From: Chthoniobacteraceae bacterium
GTDB lineage: Bacteria; Verrucomicrobiota; Verrucomicrobiia; Chthoniobacterales; Chthoniobacteraceae
Reading direction: 5' to 3'
Assembly (NCBI GenBank): GCA_040081625.1
Contig: JBEBGD010000013.1
Span: 20,390-84,389, forward strand
DNA length: 64,000 bases
Shown: positions 40,550-50,952 of the stretch, one piece after another
Layout: the number at the start of each line of letters is the position of its first letter
Position numbering within the stretch: position 1 is the stretch's first letter
Program-made: the position numbers and the translations under genes
Notes under the pieces: generated by a model
Database searches by the model: none
Told to the model about the DNA's origin: nothing
What the model saw: the letters and a program-made list of their open reading frames with translations, nothing else

Positions 40550-41707
40550 TCAGATTCGCACCCCGGGGCGCCTGGCGCCTGTGCGCGCGGCGAGCACGGT
40601 CTTGCGCGCGACCTCCTTCACGGTCAGGCCCTGGCGGTAGATGTTGATGAGGATGCCGATGGAAAGCAGGCAGAAGGCGAGGTTCGATCCGCCATAGCTC
40701 ACGAACGGCAGCGGCAGGCCCTTGTTCGGAAGCAGCGCGGTGTTCACGCCGATGTTCACAGCGGCTTGCAGCGCGATCACCATCACCAGGCCGAAGCCGA
40801 GCAACATCCCGAACCGGTCGCGCGAGTTCATCGCGATGAGCACGCCGCAGAGGATCATCACGAGATAGCACGCGACGATGAGCAGCGTGAAGCGCACTCC
40901 GAGTTCCTCGCCGATGATTGAGAAGATGAAATCGGTGTGCGCCTCGGGGAGATAGGCGAGCTTCTGCCGGCTGTTGCCGAGACCCAGCCCATCGATGCCG
41001 CCGGAACCGAACGCGATGAGCGCCTGATACTGCTGCAAGCCGACGCCGAGCTTGTATTTCTCGAGATCGAGAAAGGCGAGCAGCCGCCACAGCCGCTGCT
41101 GCATGTGCGTCGCGGCGTAGTAGCCGGCGGCGAGGCTTGCGATGATGACCGGCGCAATGATCGACATGCGCACCCCGGCGAGGAACATGATCGCGAGCAC
41201 GGTCGCGCCGATAAGCGCCGTCGCACCCATGTCCACTTCGGGCAGGATCAACATCAGCGGCAGCGCCGCGATCCCAGCCGGCATGACGAAGCCGCGCATG
41301 AAGCTCGTCGCCTCCACATCCTTGCGCGAATACCACGCGGCCAGCGCGCAGATCGTCGCGACCTTTGCAAATTCGCTCGGCTGAAACGACGACACGCCGA
41401 GATCCAGCCAGCGACTCGATCCATTGATGCGCAGCCCGATGCCCGGCGCGAAGCACAACGCCAGCAGCACGAGCGAGGCGCCGAACCACCACTTCCATCG
41501 CTTGCCCCAGAAATGGTAATCAACATTGGTCGCAACGATCAGCCCAGCGAGGCCGATGGCGAGCCAGACGAATTGCCGCTTGATGAAATAGTTCGGATCG
41601 CCGCGGTGATCGAGTGCGAAGGCGCTCGTGGAAAACAGCATTACGCATCCGATCACGATCAGCAGGCCGACCGCGGCCAGGAGGAAATAGACGCTCTTGC
41701 GGTGCAT
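40550..41707 (-). CDS. ftsW: Peptidoglycan polymerase FtsW
   Basis: NGSSRW, FQPSEFAK, LPEAHTDFIF, GLPLPFVSYGGS. Confidence 0.95.
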   Translation of the reverse strand: MHRKSVYFLLAAVGLLIVIGCVMLFSTSAFALDHRGDPNYFIKRQFVWLAIGLAGLIVATNVDYHFWGKRWKWWFGASLVLLALCFAPGIGLRINGSSRWLDLGVSSFQPSEFAKVATICALAAWYSRKDVEATSFMRGFVMPAGIAALPLMLILPEVDMGATALIGATVLAIMFLAGVRMSIIAPVIIASLAAGYYAATHMQQRLWRLLAFLDLEKYKLGVGLQQYQALIAFGSGGIDGLGLGNSRQKLAYLPEAHTDFIFSIIGEELGVRFTLLIVACYLVMILCGVLIAMNSRDRFGMLLGFGLVMVIALQAAVNIGVNTALLPNKGLPLPFVSYGGSNLAFCLLSIGILINIYRQGLTVKEVARKTVLAARTGARRPGVRI

Positions 41708-41722
41708 CGCTTCGGGGCCGGG

Positions 41723-42466
41723 TTATCGCTTCGTGGGGATTTTCAGCGTCTGTCCGATCTGAAGCTTATCGGGAGTCTTGAGCCGGTTGAGCGCGACGAT
41801 GTCCTCCGGCGTGACTCCGAATTTCTTCGCGATGAAGATCAAGCGATCGCCGCTCTTCACGGTGTAGGAGCGCGGGGCGGGCCTTGTTTCGGCTGGCTCG
41901 ACAGGCTTGGCCGGTGCGACGGCCGGGGCCTCCGCGGCGGGTGCCGTTGCCGCCGGCAGGTTGAGAGACTGCCCGGTGCGGATCGCGTCGCCGCTCATCG
42001 CGTTCGCAGCTTTCAACTCGGCGACCGTGACGCTGGCGCTCTTCGCGATGGAGATCAGCGTGTCACCCGCTTTCACATTGTGAATGCGCGACTTCTGCGC
42101 CGGAGCGACCTGCGCGGCAGGCGCCGCGATCGCGGTCTTCTCGACTTTCGGCGGCGCGGCCGGAGTGATCGCGGCGGGTTTTCCGGTGGCGGTTTTCGTT
42201 TTGGCCGGTTCCGCAGGAACGGGCGCGCCGTCTCCGCGCGACGCCTTGATCTGGTTGAACGCGTAGATGCCACCGACGAGGACGACGTGCATGATCAGCA
42301 CGACGATGAAGGCGCTCGTCAGCTTAGTCTGCGGTTCCTCATCCGGGTAATTGTCTGCGGTGGCTGTGTTCGATGCGCGAAGGCGCGCCTCGAGTTTCTG
42401 CGGCGTCTCCTTGCGGATGCGCGGCATTTTGAATTTCGGGAACTTGGGAATGCGGGGCAGTTTCAT
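41723..42466 (-). CDS. Membrane-anchored protein with two LysM domains
   Basis: TM, then HNVKAGDTLISIAK...IRTGQSL and YTVKSGDRLIFIAK...LQIGQTL. Confidence 0.9.
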   Translation of the reverse strand: MKLPRIPKFPKFKMPRIRKETPQKLEARLRASNTATADNYPDEEPQTKLTSAFIVVLIMHVVLVGGIYAFNQIKASRGDGAPVPAEPAKTKTATGKPAAITPAAPPKVEKTAIAAPAAQVAPAQKSRIHNVKAGDTLISIAKSASVTVAELKAANAMSGDAIRTGQSLNLPAATAPAAEAPAVAPAKPVEPAETRPAPRSYTVKSGDRLIFIAKKFGVTPEDIVALNRLKTPDKLQIGQTLKIPTKR

Positions 42467-43803
42467 GGTTGGTTTGGACTCAGTGCTTGCACGAGGGCGC
42501 GGAATTGGTTGCCGCGCTCAGCGTAGTTTTTGAACATGTCGAACGAAGAGGTGCCGGGGCTGAAGAGAACGATGTCGCCGGGCTGCGCGTGCTCGCGCGC
42601 GAGTTCGACGGCGCGAGCGAGCGAGCGGGCGGCATTATGCACCGGAAGCCGGTCGCGCCAAAGCGCCTCGATGCGATCCGCCATCTCGCCGAGTGTGACC
42701 ACGCACCGACACCGCTGCGCGACGACGTCGGTGAGCAGCGAATACTCGAAGCCCTTGTCCTTGCCGCCGGCGATGAGCACGACGGGGCGCGTTTCACCGA
42801 GCAGCGCTTTCTCGACGGAGTCAGGGTTCGTTCCTTTCGAGTCGTTCACCCACTCGACGCCATCGAGCACGCGGATCGGCTCGCAGCGATGCGGCAGCGG
42901 CTTGTAGGCGCAGATCGGCGCGCACATCGCCGCAAACTCAAGGCCCCACGCGCGCCCGACACCGAGCGAGGCCATCACATTCTCCGCATTGTGCGCGCCG
43001 CGAAGCTGTGTGTCGCGCATCGCGAGCACCGGGACATCGTGGTGATGGACCACGCCATCGCGCAGGTCGAAGTCGCCGCCGCGCGCGAACGCGCTGAAGG
43101 TGATTCTCTTCGCGCGCAGCTCGGGAAGCTTGTCGCGGAAATTTACCACGGCCCAGTCGTCCGCCGTTTGGTTTTCGAAGATGCGGATCTTCGCGGCGTA
43201 GTATTCGTCCATCGAGTGGTAGCGGTCGAGATGGTCGGCCGCGAAGCCGAGCCAAACCGCGATGTTCGCGCGGAACTGGCGGATCGCCTCGAGCTGGAAT
43301 GAGCTGATCTCGAGCGTCATCACGTCGAGTGCCGAACTCTCGCGCACGCGCGCGGAAAACGCCGGCCCGATGTTGCCGGCGGCGGCGGTCTTCACTCCGC
43401 AACCGAGCAGCACCTGCTCGACGAGCTGAGTCGTGGTGGTCTTTCCGTTTGTGCCGGTGATGCCGATGATCGGGCAGTGGCACATCTCGTAGGCGAGCTC
43501 GAGTTCGCCGATCATGTCGATGCGGCGCTTGATGAAGTGCTGCACGAGTGGCACGGCGGGATCGATGCCGGGACTCAGGATTGCGCGATCGAAGTGCTCG
43601 TGCTCCGCCGCGTGCTCCGCGGCGAGTCCGGCGATGACGCGGATGCCGTCCGCGCCGAGGGCGTCGATCTTTTTGCGCAGCTTTTCGATTTCGGCAGTGT
43701 CGAGGACGGTGATCATGGCTCCGGTTTGGACGAGTAATCTGGCTGCAGCTTCACCGCTTTCTCCCGCTCCGAGCACGGCGATGGATGGTCTTTTGTTCGG
43801 CAC
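42463..43803 (-). CDS. murD: MurD ligase
   Basis: GAGESG, SPG, GTNGKTTTT, EISSFQL, NDSKGTN, SPGTSSFD; GTG start at 43803. Confidence 0.94.
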   Translation of the reverse strand: MPNKRPSIAVLGAGESGEAAARLLVQTGAMITVLDTAEIEKLRKKIDALGADGIRVIAGLAAEHAAEHEHFDRAILSPGIDPAVPLVQHFIKRRIDMIGELELAYEMCHCPIIGITGTNGKTTTTQLVEQVLLGCGVKTAAAGNIGPAFSARVRESSALDVMTLEISSFQLEAIRQFRANIAVWLGFAADHLDRYHSMDEYYAAKIRIFENQTADDWAVVNFRDKLPELRAKRITFSAFARGGDFDLRDGVVHHHDVPVLAMRDTQLRGAHNAENVMASLGVGRAWGLEFAAMCAPICAYKPLPHRCEPIRVLDGVEWVNDSKGTNPDSVEKALLGETRPVVLIAGGKDKGFEYSLLTDVVAQRCRCVVTLGEMADRIEALWRDRLPVHNAARSLARAVELAREHAQPGDIVLFSPGTSSFDMFKNYAERGNQFRALVQALSPNQP

Positions 43804-43805
43804 AT

Positions 43806-44939
43806 TCAGCGAAGTTTCAGGGTGGCGAGCCCGAGGAGGGCAAACATGACCGACAGGATCCAGAAGCGCACGATGACGGTGTTTTCCTTCCAGCCCTTGA
43901 GCTCGAAATGATGATGGATCGGCGACATGAGAAACACACGCCGGCCTTCGCCATGGATGCGCCGCGTGATCTTGAACCATGTGCGCTGGATCATCACCGA
44001 CATGGCTTCGACGACGAAGACCCCGCCGACGACGATGAGCAGCAGCTCCTGCTTGCAGCAAATCGCGACGACGCCGAGAAAGCCACCAATCGCAAGACTT
44101 CCGGTGTCGCCCATGAAGACCTTGGCAGGGTGGCAATTCCACCACAGGAAGCCGAACGCAGCGCCGGTCACCGCCATGCAGATGACGGTGAGTTCGCCAA
44201 CGAACGGATAATACGGAATCTGCAAATATTCGGCGATGCGGATATGGCCGGCGACGTAGCAGAGCACCGCGTAGGCAAAGGCGCTCGTGACCGTGCAGCC
44301 TGCGGCGAGGCCGTCGAGACCGTCGGTGAGATTCACCGCGTTCGATGCGCCCATGATGACGACAGCGAAAAAGATGGTCGTGAAACCTCCGAGATTCCAA
44401 ATCAACGGCTGCTTGTAGAACGGCACGAACAACTGGCGCGCCTGCACTTCGATCGACGGATTCGTGAGGAAGAATGCGGCGATGATTCCGGCGAGGATGA
44501 GCTGGCCGACCAGTTTCGTCCGCTCGCTGATGCCTACCGAATTCTTCTTCGAGACCTTGAGGTAATCGTCCCAGAATCCGAGCGCGCCGCTGTAAACGAG
44601 CGTGAAGAGCAGCAGCCACACGACGGGGTTGTCGGGGCGAGCCCAGAGCAGCGAGGAAATGATCACAGCACCAAGGATGAGCACTCCGCCCATCGTCGGC
44701 GTGCCGGCTTTCTGACCGTGCAGCTCGTAGAGCTTGTGGACCTCTTCCTTCGTGCGGATCGGCTGCCCGAGCTTGAGCGAGATGAGCCGGCGGATGACCC
44801 AGTTCCCGAAGATCAGCGAAAGAAGGAAGGAGGTCGCAGCCGCGGCGACAGCGCGAAACGTGATGTATTGAAAGACGTTCAGCGCCTTGAAGAAATCGTT
44901 CGTCGCGCCGTCGGCGAGGTTGTGCAGATACCACATCAT
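43806..44939 (-). CDS. mraY: Phospho-N-acetylmuramoyl-pentapeptide transferase
   Basis: GTPTMGG, DDY, NLTDGLDGLA, FMGDTGS, PIHHHFE. Confidence 0.97.
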   Translation of the reverse strand: MMWYLHNLADGATNDFFKALNVFQYITFRAVAAAATSFLLSLIFGNWVIRRLISLKLGQPIRTKEEVHKLYELHGQKAGTPTMGGVLILGAVIISSLLWARPDNPVVWLLLFTLVYSGALGFWDDYLKVSKKNSVGISERTKLVGQLILAGIIAAFFLTNPSIEVQARQLFVPFYKQPLIWNLGGFTTIFFAVVIMGASNAVNLTDGLDGLAAGCTVTSAFAYAVLCYVAGHIRIAEYLQIPYYPFVGELTVICMAVTGAAFGFLWWNCHPAKVFMGDTGSLAIGGFLGVVAICCKQELLLIVVGGVFVVEAMSVMIQRTWFKITRRIHGEGRRVFLMSPIHHHFELKGWKENTVIVRFWILSVMFALLGLATLKLR

Positions 44940-46306
44940 GCCGCGGCGAGCCCTTCCACGATGCGCTCCATCCTCGCGGAGCGGCTGCCCTTGATGAGCA
45001 CGAGGTCGCCCGCGTGGACGAATTCGCGCAGCTCCCGCACGGCTTCATCGACGTCGGCGGCCTTCACGACTTTCGCCACGCCACCGCGCCAGGCTTCATC
45101 GGCGATGAGCGTGGCTTCCTCGCCGATGCTCATGACGAAATCGAGCCCGAGGTCCGACGCCGTCTGGCCGACCGCGCGATGGCCGCGCTCACTCTCCACG
45201 CCGAGCTCGCCCATGCGGCCGAGCACGGCAATGCGACGTCCGTTCGTGCTCATCTGCGCGAGCGTGAGCAGCGCGGCCTTCACCGAGTCCGGGTTTGCAT
45301 TGTAGCTGTCGTCGATGACCTGGATGCCGCGCACGACCTTCATCTCGAGCCGGCCCTTGGTGAGCTGGAGGTTTGGCAGGCCGAGCGCGCACTCCTCGAG
45401 CGTCATGCCGAAGACGTGGCCGGCACCGACCGCCAGCGTGGCATTGCTGACCATGTGAACGCCCGGCACGGGGATCTGCGCGTCCACGGAGCGACCAAAT
45501 GCGTGCAGGCGAAATTTCATCCCGGCGAAATCCTGCCGGAGGTCCGTCGCGCGAATGTCGGCGTCTTCGCCGAGGCCGCAGCGGAGCACGTCGGCGCGGG
45601 TTCGCGCGACGATTCCCGGCGTGAACTCATCATCCGCGTTGATGATCAGTGTGCCGCCGGGCTGGAGCGCCTCGGCGAGCATTCCCTTTTCCTTCGCGAT
45701 TCCCTCGCGGCTGCCGAGGTGCTCGATGTGGGCGACGCCGATGTTGGTGATGATGGCGATGTCCGGCTGAGCGAGCGCGGAGAGCGTGGCGATCTCGCCG
45801 TGATGGTTCGTGCCGATCTCGAATACCCCGACGCGATCCGCCGCGCGCAGGCGCAGCATCGTCAGCGGAAGCCCGACGTGGTTGTTGAAGTTGCCTTCTG
45901 TTTTCGTGACTTGGAATCGCTCACGAAGCACGACCGCGGCGAGATCCTTCGTGCTCGTCTTGCCGTTGCTGCCTGTCACGCAAATGATCTGCGCGGGCAT
46001 CGAGCGCCGATACCCGGCGGCGATCTGCTGCAGGGCGCGCAAGGTGTCGGCGACTTGCACGACCGCAAAATCCCCGGAAAGGCCGGCGGGCACATGATCC
46101 ACGACCGCGCCCAGCGCGCCGCGCTTTGCGGCTCCGGCTACGAATTCGTGCCCGTCGAAGCTGGCTCCGCGCAGGGCGAGAAAGAGGTCTCCCGCCTTGA
46201 TCGTGCGCGAGTCGATGCCGATCGTCGTTGCGATTGCGCTCGCATCACCGGCGACAAGCCGGCCGCCGGACCAGTGCGCGATCTTCTCTAGAGTCGTCGC
46301 TTCCAT
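44936..46306 (-). CDS. murF: MurF ligase
   Basis: DSR, TGSNGKTSTK, NNHVG, DSYNANP, KGSR. Confidence 0.95.
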   Translation of the reverse strand: MEATTLEKIAHWSGGRLVAGDASAIATTIGIDSRTIKAGDLFLALRGASFDGHEFVAGAAKRGALGAVVDHVPAGLSGDFAVVQVADTLRALQQIAAGYRRSMPAQIICVTGSNGKTSTKDLAAVVLRERFQVTKTEGNFNNHVGLPLTMLRLRAADRVGVFEIGTNHHGEIATLSALAQPDIAIITNIGVAHIEHLGSREGIAKEKGMLAEALQPGGTLIINADDEFTPGIVARTRADVLRCGLGEDADIRATDLRQDFAGMKFRLHAFGRSVDAQIPVPGVHMVSNATLAVGAGHVFGMTLEECALGLPNLQLTKGRLEMKVVRGIQVIDDSYNANPDSVKAALLTLAQMSTNGRRIAVLGRMGELGVESERGHRAVGQTASDLGLDFVMSIGEEATLIADEAWRGGVAKVVKAADVDEAVRELREFVHAGDLVLIKGSRSARMERIVEGLAAA

Positions 46307-46308
46307 GG

Positions 46309-47784
46309 CTACTGCTGGGCTCCTCGCTTATCGGCGACGGCGCTGCTCGCGACGGCGACGTCGTCGAATGGGATCGTGTGGTCGGCGAACTCCTGGTAAG
46401 TCTCGTGCCCCTTTCCGGCGATGAGCACGATGTCGCGATCGCCCGCGAGATCGATTGCGCGGCGGATCGCCTCGCGGCGATCGATGATCACCTCGTAGCG
46501 CTTGCGCGGCATTCCGGGCAGGATGTCGTCGATGATCGCGGCGGGCTCTTCCTTGCGCGGGTTGTCGCTCGTGACGACGGCGAAATCCGCGTTCGCATCG
46601 ACGACCGCGCCCATCCGAAATCGTTTGCCGCGGTCGCGATTGCCGCCGCATCCGAAGACCACGATGACCCGCGCGGGACGCAGATCGCGGCAGGTTTTGA
46701 TCACGTTGAGCAAGGCATCATCGGTATGCGCGTAATCGACGAACACCTTGAAGTTGCGCTGCGCGATGACGGGCTGGAGCCGGCCCGGCACGGGCGGCGC
46801 CTCGGCGAGCGCGAGCAGGCTCTGGCGGACGTTGATGTTCAGCACCCATGCGGCAGCGATTGCCGCGAGCGAATTATAGACATTGAATGCGCCGATCAGC
46901 GGCAGTCGCACGAGGTAGCTCTTGCCGTTCGCGTCGAGCTGGTAGCTCGTGCCATTGAAATCGACGCGCATATTGCTCGCGCGGAACTGCGCGCGCGCCC
47001 CCACGCCATAAGTCACGACCGGCACTGAATCGCCGAGCAATTGCATCAACCGCTGGCCGTAACCGTCGTCGAGATTGATCACCGCCTTCGCCTTTTTTTG
47101 CTGCTCCGCGAGGTCGGTGAAGAGCGAGGCTTTCGCGCGAAAGTAAGCCTCCATCGTCTTGTGATAATCGAGATGGTCCTGCGTCAGGTTGGTGAAGACG
47201 GCGACATCGAACTCGACGCCGCGCACGCGGAGCTGGCTGAGCGCGTGTGAGGAGACTTCCATGCTCGCGGCCTTGCAGCCCTCGTCGATCATCTGCCGCA
47301 ACAGGTCATGCACATCGAGCGATTCTGGCGTGGTGCGCGAGGCGGGGAGGACGCGATCGCCGATCTGGTATTGGACGGTTCCGATCAAGCCGCACCGCCA
47401 CAGGAATCGCTCGCAGATGTGCTTGAGCAGGAAGGTCGTCGTGGTCTTGCCGTTCGTGCCGGTGACGCCCGCGACTTTCAGCTCGCGCGCGGGGTGGCCG
47501 AAGAACTCGGCGGCGAGGTCGGCCATCGCTTCGCGCGCGTCCTTCACCCACACACCCGTGGCGCGGCCGGAGATGGCGTCGCCCTCGCTCACGATCGCCT
47601 CCGCACCGGCATCGACAGCGCGAGGGATGAACTCCGCGCCGTCGGCCTTCTCACCCTTGAGCGCGACGAACAGCGAGCCCGGCCCGATGCGCCGCGAGTC
47701 GTAAGTGATCGCGCTGATCTGGCGGTCGAGTGGGCCGTCCACTTTCAACGGTTGAATGGCTTTCAGGAGGGCTTCGAGTCGCAT
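46309..47784 (-). CDS. murE: MurE ligase (meso-DAP-type DNPR motif)
   Basis: TGTNGKTTT, TTPES, EVSSH, DYAHT, SDNPR, GKGHE; start at 47784. Confidence 0.95.
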   Translation of the reverse strand: MRLEALLKAIQPLKVDGPLDRQISAITYDSRRIGPGSLFVALKGEKADGAEFIPRAVDAGAEAIVSEGDAISGRATGVWVKDAREAMADLAAEFFGHPARELKVAGVTGTNGKTTTTFLLKHICERFLWRCGLIGTVQYQIGDRVLPASRTTPESLDVHDLLRQMIDEGCKAASMEVSSHALSQLRVRGVEFDVAVFTNLTQDHLDYHKTMEAYFRAKASLFTDLAEQQKKAKAVINLDDGYGQRLMQLLGDSVPVVTYGVGARAQFRASNMRVDFNGTSYQLDANGKSYLVRLPLIGAFNVYNSLAAIAAAWVLNINVRQSLLALAEAPPVPGRLQPVIAQRNFKVFVDYAHTDDALLNVIKTCRDLRPARVIVVFGCGGNRDRGKRFRMGAVVDANADFAVVTSDNPRKEEPAAIIDDILPGMPRKRYEVIIDRREAIRRAIDLAGDRDIVLIAGKGHETYQEFADHTIPFDDVAVASSAVADKRGAQQ

Positions 47785-47786
47785 CG

Positions 47787-49586
47787 TTAGCGGGTGCGAT
47801 TCTTGCCGCTCTGCGTGACGGCGCCGTCGAGCGGCTGGGGATCGGGCTGGAGCCCAAGGTAGCGCGCGGCGCGCTCGGCGATGCGCGAGAAAATCGGCGC
47901 GGCGACGAGGCCGCCCATGTCCTGGCCCGGCGCTGTGACTGGTTGCTCGAGCATGACGAGGCACGTGAACGCCGGCGCGTCGCCCGGCATGAACCCCACG
48001 AAGGCGACGCGATGCCTGTCGCGCGAGACGGACCCGTCCTTGTTGTAAACTTGAGCCGTGCCGGTCTTGCCGGCGACTTTGAAGCCGCTCACAGCGGCGA
48101 GCCGCGCGGTGCCGCGCGGGCTGACGACCTCGGTGAGCGCAGCGCGAACTGCGTCCGCAGACTTCTTTGAGATGACATTGCGCACGAGTTGCGGCGAGAC
48201 GGTTTCGACCACCTGTCCCTCGTCATCGATGATTTCGCGGACGATCTGCGGCATCATAAGCCGGCCTCCATTTGCGATGACGGACATCGCTGTAGCGCTC
48301 TGGATCGGCGTGACGGTGAGTTCCTGACCCATCGGGATGCGGCTGATCGAGTAGATCTTCGTCCAGCGGTGCGGCGGCTCGAGCAAGCCGGTTTCCTCGC
48401 CGGGTAGGACGATGCCGGTCTTTTCCCCGAAGCCATACTTGCGCACGTATTCGTAGAAGCGCTGTTCACCGAGTTGCACGGCGAGCTTGCACACACCGAC
48501 GTTGCTCGACTTGACGAGGATGTCGTGCACCGAGAGCGGACCGTAAGGATGATGGTCCCTGAGTTTGTAGCGCGCGAAGTAGCCGTTCTCGCACTGGATG
48601 ATGGTATCCGAGGCGGTGAGCCGCTCAGTCAGCGATGCGCCGACCGCGACGATCTTGAAGGTCGAGCCGGGTTCGTAGCTCGCAGCGATGGCGCGGTTGA
48701 CGAGCGGGTCAACGTAGTCGGAAGCCGGCTTCTCCGGGCTCTGCGGCACGTCGTTCGGATTGAAATTCGGCCTGCTCGCCATCGCAAGCACTTCGCCTGT
48801 CTCGGGACGCTGGAGAAGCGCGACGGCGAACTTTGGCTTAAACTGCTTCATCGCCTCATCGAGCTCAGCCTCGACGATTTTTTGAAGGCCGATATCGACG
48901 GTCAGCCGCACGCTCTGGCCGTGGCGCGGCGCACGTTCCTGTCCGCGATAAAGCACGAGCTCCTTGCCGGTGCGGTCGTGCTCGAAATAGCGGAATCCAT
49001 CCTGGCCGTGCAGACTCGGCTCCATCGATTGCTCGATGCCGCCGACGCCCTCGTTTTCGCTGTTCACGTAACCGACGACATGCCCGAGCATCCGGCCATT
49101 CGGATAGATGCGGCGGAAATCCTGCTCGAAAAAGATGCCTCGCTGTTTCGCCGCAGACACGGCCTCGGTGATGCGGCGTGCGTCCACCTCGGCCACATTC
49201 TTTTTCAAGACGATGTATCGGGATGGCACCATGCGCCCGAGCGCCTCGGAGAGAACCATGCGCTGGAGTTTCTCGAGGATCTCCTTGCGGGGAAGCTCCA
49301 GCAGCGGTGCGACGATGTCGGCGACCGCAGCGTGGTCCCTGATCAGAAAGCCGTCGGCGAGCACGCACTTGACCGGCTCATTCTGCGCGAGCAGCTCGCC
49401 GTCGGCGGTGAGGATCACGCCGCGCTTCGCGTAGATCGGCTGCCGCTCGACGTTCTTGCGGGCCGCGAGCGCGGAGTAGTGCTCATGATCCGCGACCTGG
49501 ATCTGAATCAGGCGCCACGAAAATGTGGTGAAGATCCCCGCAAGCAGCGTGGTGGCGCAGAGCGAACGAATCTTCGGGCCGGCCAT
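47787..49586 (-). CDS. ftsI: Division transpeptidase FtsI (PBP3)
   Basis: RG.I, R.YPNG, STFK, SSN, KTGTAQ; dcw position; start at 49586. Confidence 0.92.
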   Translation of the reverse strand: MAGPKIRSLCATTLLAGIFTTFSWRLIQIQVADHEHYSALAARKNVERQPIYAKRGVILTADGELLAQNEPVKCVLADGFLIRDHAAVADIVAPLLELPRKEILEKLQRMVLSEALGRMVPSRYIVLKKNVAEVDARRITEAVSAAKQRGIFFEQDFRRIYPNGRMLGHVVGYVNSENEGVGGIEQSMEPSLHGQDGFRYFEHDRTGKELVLYRGQERAPRHGQSVRLTVDIGLQKIVEAELDEAMKQFKPKFAVALLQRPETGEVLAMASRPNFNPNDVPQSPEKPASDYVDPLVNRAIAASYEPGSTFKIVAVGASLTERLTASDTIIQCENGYFARYKLRDHHPYGPLSVHDILVKSSNVGVCKLAVQLGEQRFYEYVRKYGFGEKTGIVLPGEETGLLEPPHRWTKIYSISRIPMGQELTVTPIQSATAMSVIANGGRLMMPQIVREIIDDEGQVVETVSPQLVRNVISKKSADAVRAALTEVVSPRGTARLAAVSGFKVAGKTGTAQVYNKDGSVSRDRHRVAFVGFMPGDAPAFTCLVMLEQPVTAPGQDMGGLVAAPIFSRIAERAARYLGLQPDPQPLDGAVTQSGKNRTR

Positions 49587-49963
49587 TACCGTTTCGGATT
49601 GGAGGTTTGCTGCACGTCCGGCGTGTCGAGAGTCGCCACGTTTCGCGGTCGATCGACCCACACGATGCGGTCCGGCGCGATGTCGATCAGTCCGCCGAGG
49701 CGGGTCTTGTCGGCATCGTAGCGTTTCTTGAGCGCATCGACCGACGTGAGTTTCTGCGTCTCGCTCTTCACGACGGTGATTTTCAACGCTATCAGATCGA
49801 GCTCCCGCTCGATGTGCTTGATCTCGTCAGCGCCACGGTGAAGCTGGTTCTTCAACGAAACGTATCCCATTCCAGCGGCGAGGATGAAGCCGCCGATCAC
49901 GAATGACGTGAACAGCGAGGCGACGGGGACGATGTTGGCATTGCGGCGGCGATTTTCGGACAT
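49586..49963 (-). CDS. ftsL: FtsL-like protein
   Basis: Short cytoplasmic N-terminus, one TM, coiled coil; between rsmH and ftsI. Confidence 0.65.
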   Translation of the reverse strand: MSENRRRNANIVPVASLFTSFVIGGFILAAGMGYVSLKNQLHRGADEIKHIERELDLIALKITVVKSETQKLTSVDALKKRYDADKTRLGGLIDIAPDRIVWVDRPRNVATLDTPDVQQTSNPKR

Positions 49964-49968
49964 TTTGA

Positions 49969-50952
49969 TTATTCGGTGTGGCGTTGAACGGCGCGCATTT
50001 TTGCGCTGCGCGACCGCGGATTTTTGCGTTGCTCGTCGGCGCTGGCCACGAGCGGCTTGCGCGTGAGCGGATGAAAAATGAAATCGGGATTGCGCCGCGG
50101 TTCGGGCCACTCGGGGCGGTCGAGCCATTCTGCGCAGCGATGCTTGAAGAAGTTTTTGACGATGCGGTCCTCAAGCGAATGGAAGGTGATCGTGACCAGC
50201 ACGCCACCGGGCGCGAGCAACGCGCTGAGCTGCTCGAGCCCGCGCGTGAGCACTTCGAGTTCGCGGTTGACCGCGATCCTCAACGCCTGGAATACCCGGG
50301 TGGCCGGGTGCGTGCGGCCATACCGCGGGATGATGGCCTCGATCATCTCAGCGAGCTCGCGCGTCGTCTTGAACGGGCGGATGAGCCTGTCGCGCGCGAT
50401 GCGAGAGGCGATGCGACGCGCGTTCGGCTCCTCGCCGAGGTCGCGAAAAATTCGCTCGAGTTGCTCCGGGGACATCGAGTTCACGAGGTCGGCGGCGCTA
50501 ATCAAGCCGCCTGTATCCATGCGCATGTCGAGCGGGCCGTCGTCCTGGAAGCTGAACCCGCGCTCCGGAGTGTCGAGCTGGTGCGAAGACACGCCGAGGT
50601 CGAGCAGCGCGCCGTCGATGCGCTCCACGCCGATCGAGTCGAGCAGCTCACCGGCGTCGGCGAAGTTTCCGTGGACGGCGCGGAATCGCCCGACCCAGTC
50701 GGCGAGCTTGCGTTCATTGTGCGCGATCGCGTCGCGATCCTGGTCGATGCCGATGACATCCGCACCTGCACCCAGCAGGGCCGCCGAATGTCCGCCCCCA
50801 CCGAGCGTGCAATCGACGAGCACTCTGCCAGGTGCCGGTGCGAGAAGTTGGAGCGCCTCCACGAGCATCACGGGCTCGTGATAATTGGATCGCGGAGATT
50901 TCACGGTTTGATAAGCACGGTGGCGTGGGATGGGCGGGGCGAGGACGATCAT
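49969..50952 (-). CDS. rsmH: 16S rRNA m4C1402 methyltransferase
   Basis: DCTLGGGGH, DLGVSSHQLD, PLDMRMD, FHSLEDR, NPRSRSA. Confidence 0.96.
   Translation of the reverse strand: MIVLAPPIPRHRAYQTVKSPRSNYHEPVMLVEALQLLAPAPGRVLVDCTLGGGGHSAALLGAGADVIGIDQDRDAIAHNERKLADWVGRFRAVHGNFADAGELLDSIGVERIDGALLDLGVSSHQLDTPERGFSFQDDGPLDMRMDTGGLISAADLVNSMSPEQLERIFRDLGEEPNARRIASRIARDRLIRPFKTTRELAEMIEAIIPRYGRTHPATRVFQALRIAVNRELEVLTRGLEQLSALLAPGGVLVTITFHSLEDRIVKNFFKHRCAEWLDRPEWPEPRRNPDFIFHPLTRKPLVASADEQRKNPRSRSAKMRAVQRHTE

Noticed and set aside
43804..45048. 861-aa ORF suggesting an extended or fused MurD
   Set aside because: The extension is an alternate frame over mraY; MurD motifs begin at GTG 43803
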